Shown: positions 9,340-19,925, numbered from the stretch's first letter. The stretch is 64,000 nucleotides of DNA from Minisyncoccota bacterium (GCA_043772945.1 JAYVFR010000021.1:5900-69899); one strand, 5' to 3'. Notes: generated by a model not told the origin, from the sequence alone. Numbers and translations are program-made.

Positions 9340-11433
9340 ATGCAAGCTAAAGAAATCAAAATTAATCAATTTCTATCTTCTCAAGGTACAAAGTTTATTA
9401 TACCAGTTTATCAAAGAAATTATGACTGGAAACAAAAACAATGCCAACAGTTATTAAGTGATATCGAAAATATAAATCCAAAGTTAGGCTACTTTATTGG
9501 TTCTGTTGTTCATAAATCTAAATCTAATCTAACTGAAATAAGAGAATTAGTTATAATTGATGGTCAACAAAGGCTAACAACCCTGACACTTTTTTTATAC
9601 GTAATTTCGGAAGTTTTTCAAAAAAACAACGACAGACAATTTCAACAAATATTAGATTATTACATTTTCAACAAGTACGACACTTCAAGTGTTAAATTAA
9701 AATTAAAACTAATAGATAGCGATTTTAAAACCTTAGATGATCTTATTAATAATAATTCAACTAAAGAACCTGACGGCAATCGATTATTAGAAAACTACTT
9801 ATATTTTAGAGAAAAAATTGATTCGCACGAGCTAGCTAAAAAACTTTATTATAATTTTGGACAACTTATGATTGTTGAAATTGCTCTAGATGAAAAAGAT
9901 AATCCACAAAAGATTTTTCAGAGTCTCAATTCTACAGGTCTTGAGTTATCTCAAGCAGACCTAATTAGAAATTATATCTTAATGGATTTGGATTACAATT
10001 TACAAGAAAATATTTACAAAAACTACTGGTCAATAATTGAATCAAATTGCAAAGATAAAAACACCAATGAATCCAAAATGTCATTCTTTTTTAGAGATTT
10101 TTTGACATTTAAATTTAATAAAATACCCTCGTATAACAAGGTTTTTGATGAATTCAAAAGTAGATACCCATCAAATTCATCAGACATTGAAGATCTAAAG
10201 CTATCCCTTGAAGAAATAAAACGTTTTTCAAGCAATTACAACAAATTTATTAACTATGGCAAAGTAACGGATCTTGAAATAAAAGCTGAGTTAAGGAATA
10301 TTGATATGATTGAAGTGTCTGTTTGTTATCCTTTTTTATTGGGTATATTTGACGATTTTGAAAACAACAAAATTTTAAAACTTGAGCTACTAGAGATTCT
10401 AAAGTTAATCCAATCTTTTGTATTTAGAAGATTTATCTGTAATTTACCTACCAATGCTTTGAATAAAATATTCATGACATTTTGGGCAAATGCGTGGAAA
10501 CTCAAAAATAAATACCCAAGTATTTCACTATATCAAGCGACTGCAAAAATACTTTGTGACTATGGGAATACTATGCAATTTCCTAAAAATGAAGAAGTCA
10601 AAAAAAACCTACAGATTCGAGACATCTACAAATCCCAATCAAAAAATAAACAATATTTGTTTGAAATGTTGGAGAATAATTATTCTAAATTCATTGAAAA
10701 TAAAATTGATATTACAAAAAATAAAAGTTTATCAATAGAACATATTTTTCCACAAAATCCTAGTGATCTATGGCGAAGTGAAATAAACAGCGATGAAGAA
10801 TATGAAAACCTAAAAGTTTTGTCTAACACATTGGGTAATTTAACAATTGTAATAAACAATTCAAGCCTTAGTAATAAATCCTTTATTCAAAAGCGTGATA
10901 TGAATACAGAATTGTCTAAAGGGTATCGATATAGTAAGTATCACCTAAACGAAACTTTGATTAATCTTGAAGGTTGGAACTTGAATGAATTAAACAACAG
11001 GTCAAACTTATTAATTGAAAAATTCATTGAAATTTGGGCTTATCCTCAACTTCAGATTGACTTAGATAACACGGAGCAAGAACTAGACATTTTGGATATT
11101 GAAAATCCAACATTTTTGAAGCCTGAGTATATACTTTTGAACGAAAATAAAATCAATGTAAGCTCTAATATAGGAGTAATTATTGAAGTGCTAAAAAATA
11201 TTCATAATTCAGAACCCGAAGCACTTTTTATACCAATTATTAAAGATTCGTTTGGGATAACTCGAGACATTGCAACCTTAAGAAAACCTACTAAGATTGC
11301 AGATGGAATCTATGCTGAGAGCAATTATTCATCCAAAGAGCTGTATTCTAGGATTAAAATTTGTATTGAGAATTGTGATTATACAATTGATCTAAGAATA
11401 AAATTCAAGTCAACAGACACTAATCAAGATTAA
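9340..11433 (+). CDS. GmrSD-family type IV restriction endonuclease (DUF262 + DUF1524)
   Basis: N-terminal IPVYQRNYDW and IDGQQRLTTL (ParB-like DGQQR). C-terminal SIEHIFPQNP...LGNLTIV...NSSLSNKSF (His-Me/HNH-like DUF1524). Confidence 0.85.
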   Translation: MQAKEIKINQFLSSQGTKFIIPVYQRNYDWKQKQCQQLLSDIENINPKLGYFIGSVVHKSKSNLTEIRELVIIDGQQRLTTLTLFLYVISEVFQKNNDRQFQQILDYYIFNKYDTSSVKLKLKLIDSDFKTLDDLINNNSTKEPDGNRLLENYLYFREKIDSHELAKKLYYNFGQLMIVEIALDEKDNPQKIFQSLNSTGLELSQADLIRNYILMDLDYNLQENIYKNYWSIIESNCKDKNTNESKMSFFFRDFLTFKFNKIPSYNKVFDEFKSRYPSNSSDIEDLKLSLEEIKRFSSNYNKFINYGKVTDLEIKAELRNIDMIEVSVCYPFLLGIFDDFENNKILKLELLEILKLIQSFVFRRFICNLPTNALNKIFMTFWANAWKLKNKYPSISLYQATAKILCDYGNTMQFPKNEEVKKNLQIRDIYKSQSKNKQYLFEMLENNYSKFIENKIDITKNKSLSIEHIFPQNPSDLWRSEINSDEEYENLKVLSNTLGNLTIVINNSSLSNKSFIQKRDMNTELSKGYRYSKYHLNETLINLEGWNLNELNNRSNLLIEKFIEIWAYPQLQIDLDNTEQELDILDIENPTFLKPEYILLNENKINVSSNIGVIIEVLKNIHNSEPEALFIPIIKDSFGITRDIATLRKPTKIADGIYAESNYSSKELYSRIKICIENCDYTIDLRIKFKSTDTNQD

Positions 11434-11489
11434 TTTTGAACAATAACGAAACGGAACTTAAATATTTACGTATTAACAAATTATTTCTA

Positions 11490-11690
11490 ATGACTAATAA
11501 CAATCAACTCGAATCAAACAACCCAAAACTCCCAATCAGCTGGCAGGAGGTCAAGCTTGGGGATTAAGATTTAAAATGTATATGTGATTCTCATGTTACT
11601 ATTTTGAGAGTAAATCCAGATTTTGTTTTAGCGAAGTTTCTTAATCATTTTTTTAAATCAGAATTTTATTGTAAAATACTTAACCGCTGC
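11490..11690 (+). pseudogene. type I R-M specificity subunit (HsdS) remnants
   Basis: The 25-codon ORF MTNNNQLESNNPKLPISWQEVKLGD* has the typical HsdS start (LPxxWxxxKLGD). A second out-of-frame piece reads VNPDFVLAKFLNHFFKSEFY. Confidence 0.5.
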
Positions 11691-11922
11691 CTCTCTTCTC
11701 CTCCCTTAAAGCAAACAAATACAAACTCTCAACCTTGGCTCTGGCCCAGTCGGTTTTACGCAGAAAAGTTAGGCTTGAATTTATACTTGGGTTTGTCGTA
11801 AAACATTTAATATTCACCATTTTACCCAGCTCTGGCCAGCCATATTTATTTTGTAAAAATTCTACTATATATTTTAGGGTTTTACCATGAAGTGGATCTT
11901 TAGATTGATTTTGAGCTTGCAT
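11680..11922 (-). CDS. VF530/DUF2132 family small DNA-binding protein
   Basis: DPLHGKTLKYIVEFLQNKYGWPELGKMVNIKCFTTNPSINSSLTFLRKTDWARAKVESLY matches the DUF2132 signature. Confidence 0.75.
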   Translation of the reverse strand: MQAQNQSKDPLHGKTLKYIVEFLQNKYGWPELGKMVNIKCFTTNPSINSSLTFLRKTDWARAKVESLYLFALREEKRGSG

Positions 11923-12169
11923 GATTGAGTGTTAATTTTTTAAAGTTTAAGTATTTTTGTAGTAAAGAGATTTTTAGATCCATATTTGCTACTTAGTATT
12001 TATACTTAATACTAAACACTAAAACTGCTATATCAAATTGAATTTTTTTACACTTTATTTAAGTTATATTTAATATTTAATCACAACAATAGCACTTATA
12101 TTAAACAAAAAAAAGAGGTAGCCCCTAAAGACAAACCTCTTGAAATAACAACTTAACGAAATATTAAAT

Positions 12170-12583
12170 TTAAGCAGTTTTTTGATTATTAGAAATTATT
12201 CTAATAAGTGTTACAGCCCCCCAAGCAACTAAAGAGTATATAACGATAGCGACTAGTGCTGCTGTGTCGAAATAAGTATTACCTTGACCTGGAGCAGGGA
12301 AAATTCCAGTAAAAGGCATAACAAATGGAGCAGTTACGTTATAAAGAAATCCTGTAAAGCCGCTTGTTTGAGCATTAAATAATAAAAACATTATTCTTAA
12401 AATCAAGATAACATTAATTAGACCAACTACAAACCAAACTAATTGAATGATTTTTTCAATACCCTCGCTTTTTTGCATATCTTCTTGAACTACATTATTC
12501 ATTGGTGTAGTATTGATATAAGTTTGATTAGAAGGATTCGTTTGCGGTTCTTGATTTGGGATGTTGTTGGGATTTTGTTGCAT
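12170..12583 (-). CDS. YggT-like integral membrane protein with a Q/N/P-rich N-terminal tail
   Basis: Two TM helices with LRIMFLLFN...FLYNVTAPFVMPFTGIFP, reminiscent of YggT repeats. Confidence 0.45.
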   Translation of the reverse strand: MQQNPNNIPNQEPQTNPSNQTYINTTPMNNVVQEDMQKSEGIEKIIQLVWFVVGLINVILILRIMFLLFNAQTSGFTGFLYNVTAPFVMPFTGIFPAPGQGNTYFDTAALVAIVIYSLVAWGAVTLIRIISNNQKTA

Positions 12584-13172
12584 ATATAAAACTTTAAAAT
12601 TTATTTCTAAAGCAATATAAATTACCTAGGGTGTTATGTCAATAAAAAATGACGTATATTTTCTATTAATGTTGAACTTAAAATCTATGGAATATTATCA
12701 GCTTTTTATTAGCAATACAAACAAATCTAATTCCCGTAGTTTTTCAATTTTTTTAGTTTAAATTAACAGATTGAATATGTAGTCTCTAATTTCACTTAAA
12801 ATACAATTGAAATTCTGTTAGATTGAATCGATTTTAAATTCTACAATTATTAGAAATTTCATAAAAGTAGGTAATACTTCAAAATCACGCTACACCCGAA
12901 ATATCAAAAAACAAATATTCACTTTACATCTAATTTAAGCTAAGATAGTCTAATAGATAAATTCTAAATTATCTTTTACTTAAATTTAACTATTTTAACT
13001 CTAACTAATTCCTTCTCACTGATAACACCTGGATTGAGCTGGTCTACAATGATTATACCATTAACAAACAGACATATGCTGAATTAGAAATTAGATATGG
13101 TAAAAGTGAAAACACCTTAAAAAACTTTGATTAAAATAATCTTTTTTTTAAAAAAAACGCATTTAATCACCT

Positions 13173-13201
13173 TTGACAAAGGTTAGATTTATCACTAAGT
13201 T
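13173..13201 (+). promoter_or_regulatory. candidate sigma70-type promoter of nrdBA
   Basis: TTGACA (13173-13178), 17-nt spacer, TAAGTT. Confidence 0.35.
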
Positions 13202-13222
13202 TAAATATCAGCCAAAATTAAT

Positions 13223-13267
13223 CAACATCTAGTAATTTTTTAAGTCATCTTCTACTATATCTAGTTT
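13223..13267 (+). promoter_or_regulatory. two NrdR-box-like sites about 30 bp apart
   Basis: CTACTATATCTAGTTT (13252-13267) matches the ACACTATATATAGTGT-type consensus at 12/16. The upstream AATCAACATCTAGTAA matches at only 9/16. Both lie between the candidate promoter and the nrdB ATG. Confidence 0.3.
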
Positions 13268-13324
13268 CATATTAGTAAAATCTCTTAAAGTGTAGGTTTT
13301 TGGCGGTCTTTTTTTTCACTTAAT

Positions 13325-14284
13325 ATGACTAATCTTCTTTTATCTAAAACTCAAAATCCTTATACAGTTTTTACATCTACTGCTAATTCTCGTATCGTAG
13401 AAATGTGTGAAAAGCAAGAGTCTAATATTTGGCTTTCCTCTGATATTAATTTAACTCATGACGCTCGTGATTGGGATAAACTAAATTCTGAGGAGCAGAG
13501 CTTTATTAAACAAATTTTAGCTTTTTTTGCGGCTAGCGATAGTATTGTGAACGAGAATATAGTTTTAAATTACACTACTCAAGTTCAAATCCCTGAAGTT
13601 CGTTATTTTTACTACTTTCAGATGATGATGGAGGCAGTGCATAGTAGAACTTATTCACAATTAATCAACACTTTTATTAGTTCCAATGAGGAAAGAGATT
13701 TATTATTTGACTCAATTAATAATAATAAAGCAATTAAAAAGAAAGCAGATTGGTGTCGAGAGTGGATTGATGGAGATAAGCCTTTTTATGAAAAGATGAT
13801 TGCTTTCATGGCTGTTGAGGGAATTTTCTTTAGTGGATCATTCGCAGCGATTTTTTGGTTACGTGATCGTGGAATATTAGCTAATTCTCTCGGAGTTGCT
13901 AACGAATATATTTCACGCGATGAGGCACTACACTGTGAATTTGCTAGTGTGTTAATTAATGAATATAGTGGTGATGAAAAACCTACTAATCAAACTATCA
14001 CTAAAATTTTAACTTCAGCCCTTGACTTAGAGAAGGAATTTATTGATCAGGCAATTCCTAACAGGCTTTTTGGTATGAATAAGGAATTAATGAACCAATA
14101 TTTGGAATTTGTTTGCGATACTTGGCTAGCAGAGCTTGGTTGCCCTAAAGTTTATAACGTAACTCAGCCATTTCCATTTATGGCAACTATTGGTCAAATG
14201 CGAAAAGATAATATTTTTGAAAAAACTCGAACAAACTACGCAAGACCAACTGAGGCTAAAGAAATGGAATGGGACTTTATCTAA
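13325..14284 (+). CDS. nrdB: class Ia ribonucleotide reductase beta subunit
   Basis: FAASDSIVNEN, MEAVHSRTYS and the FFSGSFAAIFWL...SRDEALHCEF iron and tyrosyl ligand motifs. Confidence 0.9.
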   Translation: MTNLLLSKTQNPYTVFTSTANSRIVEMCEKQESNIWLSSDINLTHDARDWDKLNSEEQSFIKQILAFFAASDSIVNENIVLNYTTQVQIPEVRYFYYFQMMMEAVHSRTYSQLINTFISSNEERDLLFDSINNNKAIKKKADWCREWIDGDKPFYEKMIAFMAVEGIFFSGSFAAIFWLRDRGILANSLGVANEYISRDEALHCEFASVLINEYSGDEKPTNQTITKILTSALDLEKEFIDQAIPNRLFGMNKELMNQYLEFVCDTWLAELGCPKVYNVTQPFPFMATIGQMRKDNIFEKTRTNYARPTEAKEMEWDFI

Positions 14285-14326
14285 AAAACTTTGAAAAACT
14301 TGCTAAAAAATCTAACGCAAACAACT

Positions 14327-16840
14327 ATGCTCCAAATTATTACACCAACTCAAAACCAAGTTTTAGAAATTTTAAACAAATATAACATAAATCTTTGGGA
14401 AGGGATAGGTGTTAACCAAATTTTAGAAGCTACATTAAATCGTTTACCCGAAAAAATCACTTATCCCGAATTGCTAGAATTAATGGCAGGCATTAGTGCA
14501 AGTCTTGCTAATAGCCATCCTGATTATTCAATTCTTGGTGCTAGAATTTTGATGTCTAAACTTTATTATGAACTCAAGTTACCGCAAACTAAATTTAGTG
14601 ATAGCGTGAAGCAAATTTATGAGCACAAAGTTCATGGTCGTAAATCTACTAGAATGTCTAAGGAAGTTTTTGATTTTATTCAAAGAAATAGCCAAAAGCT
14701 TGAAGAAATTATAGATTACAAAAAAGATTTTGGAGATTATGATTATTCTGCTGTTTCATCCTTTTTAAAGAGAGGGCTTGAGAAAGTAGATAATCAAGTT
14801 GTAGAAGTTCCCTCACAAATGTTTTTGCGGGTGGCTATTGGAGTTAATATTTATCAGGAGAGGATGTTGATTGAGCTTGAAGCTTTTGAAGAAATTATGG
14901 ATTATAAACCAAGTTTTAATTATATTAGCCAAGCCGATGATAACTTAAGACTAAAGAGAATTAGTGAGTATTATCACTTACTAGTTAGTCGCAAACTTTC
15001 ACTCCCAGGTCCAATCTTAATGCATGCGGGAAGTGAGACTAATCAGATGGCGAGTTGCTTTCTTGAATATTGTGGGGATAGTTTGACTGACGATAACTAT
15101 CATATTGATGGTAAGGTGGGAGGGATTATGAAAGCAATTACACAGCTTGCAGCCCAATCAAAAGGTGGTGCAGGGAGTGCCATTAGTTTGACTGATGTTC
15201 GTTCTAGTAGCAGTCCAATTATGAAAACAGGGGGTAAAAGTAACGGAATTTTGCCGTTTATGAAAATGATTGATGCTACAATCGGAGCGATTGATCAAAG
15301 TGGAAAGCGAGCTGGGGTTTGTACAGTTTATTTAGAGCCTTGGCATGCTGATATTTTAGAATTTCTAGATTCGGCTGATCATTTTACGATTGAGGAGAAG
15401 CGTTGCAAGCATTTGTTTTTTGGGCTTTGGATGAACGATTTATTTTTTGAGCGAATGACTCGTGACAAAGGTGCTGCTCAATGGACACTTTTTGACCCTG
15501 CAATTGCAACTAAGGAGCTAGGAAAGCCTCTTTCACAATATTTTGGAGATGAATTTAAGTCAAAATATGAATATCTGGAAAGCTTGAATGTTGGCAGGAC
15601 TATCTCATTAATGGAAATTTGGAGTCGAGTGTGTAAGCTATTCCAAACAGCTGGAATGCCGTATATTGTGAACAAAGACCAGATGAATTTAAAAAGTAAC
15701 CAAAAAAACATCGGTACAATTTATAGTTCAAATGTTTGCACAGAGATTGCTCTCGCTTCCAATAGTAATGAAACTGCGGTTTGTGTTCTCTCATCTCTTT
15801 GTCTTGGTAGGTTTTTTAACAGAGAATTATTAGGCAAAGTTGATTATGAGGGAATTATAGAGACTTCACGAATTGCAACTAGAAATTTAAACAATGTAAT
15901 TGATTTGCAATATTATCCAACTCCTGAAACTCGCAATAGTTGTTTGGCTCGTCGTGCTATTGGAATTGGCGCACAAGGGCTTGCTGATTTGTTTGCTCAA
16001 CTAGACTATGAATATACATCAAAAGATGCCCAACAAGTAAATAAAAACGTTTATGAGTGCATTTATTATGGCTCGCTTCTCGAATCAATGGAGCTCGCTA
16101 AGAAAGACAAGTCTTATTTAGGGTTTGAGGGAAGTGAGTTATCTAAAGGGTTTTTGCAATTTGACATGTGGGGAGTAGATGCCCAGAACACTTTCCTTGG
16201 TGCCGAAAAATGGAATCAGCTACGAAAAGATATTATGAAATACGGGATTCGTAATAGTGAAGTTACAGCCATTGCTCCGACTATGTCAGCTTCAATTAGA
16301 ATGGGACAAAACGAGATGCATGAACCTTTTGGTAGAAACATTTACATACGTCAAATTATTGCTGGGAGTATGCAAATTGTAAATCAGTACCTAGTTAGAG
16401 ACTTATTACAACTTGATTTATGGAACGATTACATGATGGCCCAAATTATTAACAATCAAGGTAGTGTTGTCGGAATTCCAACTATTCCAAAGTATATTCA
16501 ACGTAAATACCAAACTGTTTATGAAGTAGATTTTAAAACCCGCAATCAAATGATGGCAGATAGAGCACCTTTCATTTCGCAAACCGCTTCTTACAATCAG
16601 TATTGTACAAATAGTGAGGCTAGTCCGACTGCTTTTACAGCTCGTATTATAGATGCGTGGAGACGTAAACTTAAGACTCTCGTTTATTACATGCACACTG
16701 AGGCGGCAACAACAGCCAAGAAAGAGTTTGGTGGTTTATTAACAACTCCAGATTTAACATTATCTTCTTCTGAGGCTAAGGTTTTAGAAGATGGAAGTAT
16801 TTGTGTTATGGAGGCTGGGTGCGAGGCTTGTAGCAGTTAA
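14327..16840 (+). CDS. nrdA: class I ribonucleotide reductase alpha subunit (no obvious ATP-cone)
   Basis: SSNVCTEIAL active-site loop, PGPILMHAG, and the C-terminal CEACSS redox tail. A TTG at 14291 is an alternative start. Confidence 0.9.
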   Translation: MLQIITPTQNQVLEILNKYNINLWEGIGVNQILEATLNRLPEKITYPELLELMAGISASLANSHPDYSILGARILMSKLYYELKLPQTKFSDSVKQIYEHKVHGRKSTRMSKEVFDFIQRNSQKLEEIIDYKKDFGDYDYSAVSSFLKRGLEKVDNQVVEVPSQMFLRVAIGVNIYQERMLIELEAFEEIMDYKPSFNYISQADDNLRLKRISEYYHLLVSRKLSLPGPILMHAGSETNQMASCFLEYCGDSLTDDNYHIDGKVGGIMKAITQLAAQSKGGAGSAISLTDVRSSSSPIMKTGGKSNGILPFMKMIDATIGAIDQSGKRAGVCTVYLEPWHADILEFLDSADHFTIEEKRCKHLFFGLWMNDLFFERMTRDKGAAQWTLFDPAIATKELGKPLSQYFGDEFKSKYEYLESLNVGRTISLMEIWSRVCKLFQTAGMPYIVNKDQMNLKSNQKNIGTIYSSNVCTEIALASNSNETAVCVLSSLCLGRFFNRELLGKVDYEGIIETSRIATRNLNNVIDLQYYPTPETRNSCLARRAIGIGAQGLADLFAQLDYEYTSKDAQQVNKNVYECIYYGSLLESMELAKKDKSYLGFEGSELSKGFLQFDMWGVDAQNTFLGAEKWNQLRKDIMKYGIRNSEVTAIAPTMSASIRMGQNEMHEPFGRNIYIRQIIAGSMQIVNQYLVRDLLQLDLWNDYMMAQIINNQGSVVGIPTIPKYIQRKYQTVYEVDFKTRNQMMADRAPFISQTASYNQYCTNSEASPTAFTARIIDAWRRKLKTLVYYMHTEAATTAKKEFGGLLTTPDLTLSSSEAKVLEDGSICVMEAGCEACSS

Positions 16841-16937
16841 TTCTCTAGCTCACATCTCTTGACAGTTCTTAAAATTTCTAAAACAGTTTGGATTGTAACC
16901 GCAAGTTTCACTTGCTCTATTTTAGAGGAAATTTTTA

Positions 16938-17135
16938 GTGCTAAAAACTGTTGTTGGTCAAAGTGGTATGAGTTACCACTATGAGCTTGAAGGAAAAAAA
17001 CATTCTGTATTTATTAATAATGAAACAGCACAAGAATGGAGTCCAAATCCCAATTGGCAAGTTTTAATGATAGCGTCTATTCAAAAGATCAATAATCCTG
17101 GTGATATAACTTTCATGGGTGTCGGTAGTATTTAA
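16938..17135 (+). CDS. hypothetical small protein
   Basis: 65-aa ORF with a GTG start, followed by T-rich hairpins. Weak support. Confidence 0.3.
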   Translation: MLKTVVGQSGMSYHYELEGKKHSVFINNETAQEWSPNPNWQVLMIASIQKINNPGDITFMGVGSI

Positions 17136-17260
17136 AATCGAGTGCATGTTTTTTACGCACTTCTTCCCGTCTCACTTTTTTTGTGGGGCTTTTTTTTGTA
17201 AGAAAATAATGTCACGTCGAGACTTTTTTTTGAGAAAATTTCGTTTGATGTGTAGTTCTA

Positions 17261-18037
17261 TTAATTTTTTAAACCATAGCCTTTATTTATTAGATAAAGA
17301 TTAATTCCTATCATTGTGCTATTTAAAGCTATTAAAACACTTAAGCTCAAAAAAATATTAATTTCACTTTGTCCACTAAAACCAAAACGAAAACCATCAA
17401 TCATATAAATAATCGGATTAAATTTAGAGATATTTTGCCAGAATTCTGGAAGGGATTTAATAGAGTAAAAAACACCCCCGAGATAAGTTAATGGTGTTAA
17501 AACAAAAGTTGGAATAATATTTACATCATCAAAGCTTTTTGCAAATAGGGAGTTGAAAAATCCTAGGAGTGAGAAAGCGCTAGAAGTTAAAGCTGCATAC
17601 AGTAGAATGATAAAAGGATTTACAATGCTAAGTGGCACGAAAAAAATTGAAATTAATAAAACTAAAAATCCGATTAATAACCCTCTAAAACACCCTCCAA
17701 AACAATAACCAAGTAAAATAGTAGAAGGAGATGTTGGAGATACTAATAATTCTTCATAGTTACGTTGGAACTTAGCCCCAAAGAAAGATGATACAACGTT
17801 AGTATATGAATTTGTAATAACAGCCATCATTACAATTCCAGGCACCAAAAATCCCATATAACCACCTGCATTATTATAGCCACTGATTCGTGATCCTACA
17901 AATCCCCCAAAAATGATGAAATAAAGAGATTGTGTAATTACTGGTGGTAGAAGTGTTTGGCTCCAAATTCTGAGTATTCGTTTGATTTCTTTGTTTGCAA
18001 TTGTTTGGAAAGCGACTAAATTTAACTTAATATCCAT
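17261..18037 (-). CDS. ABC-2 type transporter permease (no adjacent ATPase)
   Basis: Six TM segments. The N-terminal ANKEIKRILRIWSQTLLPPVI is typical of ABC-2/NodJ-like permeases. ATG at 18037 is preferred over TTG at 18052. Confidence 0.65.
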   Translation of the reverse strand: MDIKLNLVAFQTIANKEIKRILRIWSQTLLPPVITQSLYFIIFGGFVGSRISGYNNAGGYMGFLVPGIVMMAVITNSYTNVVSSFFGAKFQRNYEELLVSPTSPSTILLGYCFGGCFRGLLIGFLVLLISIFFVPLSIVNPFIILLYAALTSSAFSLLGFFNSLFAKSFDDVNIIPTFVLTPLTYLGGVFYSIKSLPEFWQNISKFNPIIYMIDGFRFGFSGQSEINIFLSLSVLIALNSTMIGINLYLINKGYGLKN

Positions 18038-18107
18038 ACACTCTGTACTCAAATCAATACTAGTTTTTATGTCAACAAATCTACAATTGTTTCAAGCTGT
18101 TTAAAAC

Positions 18108-18812
18108 TTATAAATAATTACTTTCAGTATCAGTATCGGTTTCGTTTAAGCTTTTGGGAATTTTTGGTAATTGTATTTTGCTTAGATTACTGGTTACTGC
18201 CCCATTAATTGGCATCTCTGCTGCATGTTCTGATTTGACTACATTAACAAGTGCTCCCCAGCGAGGGTTTTGGCTATTCTTAGGAACCATGATGGCTACT
18301 ATATCTCCGATTTCAAGTCCTTGAGTTTTAATTGAGAAAGTAGCACTAGCCTTAAGAATTTTAACAGGTTCTGTATATTTATCAATTACTACATAAAAAT
18401 TTTCACCATCAATTGTAAAAACTCCTTCAACTCGCTCTCTATCAATAGGGTGAATTAACTTAAAAATTTCTCTGTCAGGAGTTAGAATCCACTTCATTCT
18501 GTCCCCTACTACAAGTTGGGTCTTAGAGGCGTAATTCTGAGGAACTATATAAGTTTGTCCATTGTCTCCAATCATATATTCTCCATCAAAATAACCTTCT
18601 ACCACTTCTTTGGCATCACTTTCCTCACGATTAACCTTACCCATTAGAGTAATTGGGCTAGTTAGGTTATCGCTTTCGCTTCTTTCTCCACTTCTGACAC
18701 TTCCCTTAGACTCATCGGCAATGATTTGAGTTAGGAAAGTTTTAGCGTTTTTTATGTTTGTTTCTGCAATCTCGATCAGAGAAAGGATAGTTTGAATCTT
18801 TTTGTTAGACAT
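18108..18812 (-). CDS. hypothetical protein
   Basis: 234-aa ORF upstream of the permease and downstream of ssb. No recognised motif. Confidence 0.5.
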   Translation of the reverse strand: MSNKKIQTILSLIEIAETNIKNAKTFLTQIIADESKGSVRSGERSESDNLTSPITLMGKVNREESDAKEVVEGYFDGEYMIGDNGQTYIVPQNYASKTQLVVGDRMKWILTPDREIFKLIHPIDRERVEGVFTIDGENFYVVIDKYTEPVKILKASATFSIKTQGLEIGDIVAIMVPKNSQNPRWGALVNVVKSEHAAEMPINGAVTSNLSKIQLPKIPKSLNETDTDTESNYL

Positions 18813-18878
18813 ATTTTTTTGTTATAAAGGAAGTTTATCTTGTATTTTGTTTTTGGTAAAACTTTGTTTTAGTTTTAT

Positions 18879-19334
18879 TTAGAAAGGCATGTTGCTGATG
18901 TCAACATCAATTTCATCGAGATTGATTTCAGGAACATTTACAGGAGCTGGCTTGGCTGCAATCTTTTTTGGAGCTTGAGAAGTTTCACTAGGTGCTGTAC
19001 TACTAATTCTCTCAGATTCTGCTTTTGAAGTTAATAACTCAATATCAGTTGCTAAAATATCAGTCGCATATTTTTTGACTCCATCAGGGCCATCCCAAGA
19101 ACGATTTTTAAGTGATCCATTAATTGCAATTTTATGGCCTTTCTTAACGTATTGGTCTATTATATCAGCAAGTTTTTCCCAAGCAGTGCAATTAAAATAT
19201 TGTGTGACTTCGTTCCCGCTAGCGTCTTTTCCATCGCGAATGGCAAGGCTGAAACTGACGACTTTTTTACCTGTGGCTGTTGTACGTACATCTGGATCTT
19301 TAGTTAGATTGCCAATTAAAAATACTTTATTCAT
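18879..19334 (-). CDS. ssb: single-stranded DNA-binding protein
   Basis: MNKVFLIGNLTKDPDVR OB-fold start. Acidic C-terminal tip DISNMPF. Confidence 0.9.
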   Translation of the reverse strand: MNKVFLIGNLTKDPDVRTTATGKKVVSFSLAIRDGKDASGNEVTQYFNCTAWEKLADIIDQYVKKGHKIAINGSLKNRSWDGPDGVKKYATDILATDIELLTSKAESERISSTAPSETSQAPKKIAAKPAPVNVPEINLDEIDVDISNMPF

Positions 19335-19457
19335 ATATTTGGGATTTATTCGGATTTTATTAAATTAATAAGCTAAACAGTGAAACAAAATTTGGTCTCT
19401 TGTCAAAACTTACCAAAACGAAAATTATTTTTTTAAATCTTTTTAAACTTTTTTTAT

Positions 19458-19925
19458 ATGCCTGATGTTAAATACCCTAAACCAAAAATTGAATCAATAG
19501 CTCCAGATTTTAATGCAGAAAACCAAAAAGGTGAGACTATTTCTCTCAAAAAACTTCTGAAAAGTGGTCAAAAAGTTTTGCTAGTTTTTTATCCTGCTGA
19601 TCAAACTGCTGGTTGCACGACCCAGCTCTGTGGAGTTCGAGATGTTTTCCAAGATTATAAAAAAGCTGGTGTAACAATACTCGGCATTAATCAGGCAGGT
19701 GCTGAATCTCATAAGAAATTTATTGATAAAAATAATTACCCTTTTGATATTTTAATAGACACCGATAGGAAAATTAGTGAAAATTACGGACAACTTAAGT
19801 TTATGTTTGGACATAAATCTATTAAACGGGGAGTTTATTTGATTAATACTGACGGGAGCATTCTTTATACCATTCAAGGTCAACAGGATAATCAACTAAT
19901 CCTAGATTTACTAAAAAATGATTAA
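19458..19925 (+). CDS. bcp: thiol peroxidase, Bcp/PrxQ type peroxiredoxin
   Basis: VLLVFYPADQTAGCTTQLCGVRD peroxidatic Cys motif. Confidence 0.85.
   Translation: MPDVKYPKPKIESIAPDFNAENQKGETISLKKLLKSGQKVLLVFYPADQTAGCTTQLCGVRDVFQDYKKAGVTILGINQAGAESHKKFIDKNNYPFDILIDTDRKISENYGQLKFMFGHKSIKRGVYLINTDGSILYTIQGQQDNQLILDLLKND

Noticed and set aside
17119-17304. 61-aa ORF downstream of nrdA
   Set aside because: It is a translation of T-rich hairpin and terminator sequence (FFTHFFPSHFFCGAFFCKK), and it overlaps the 3' end of the convergent permease gene.
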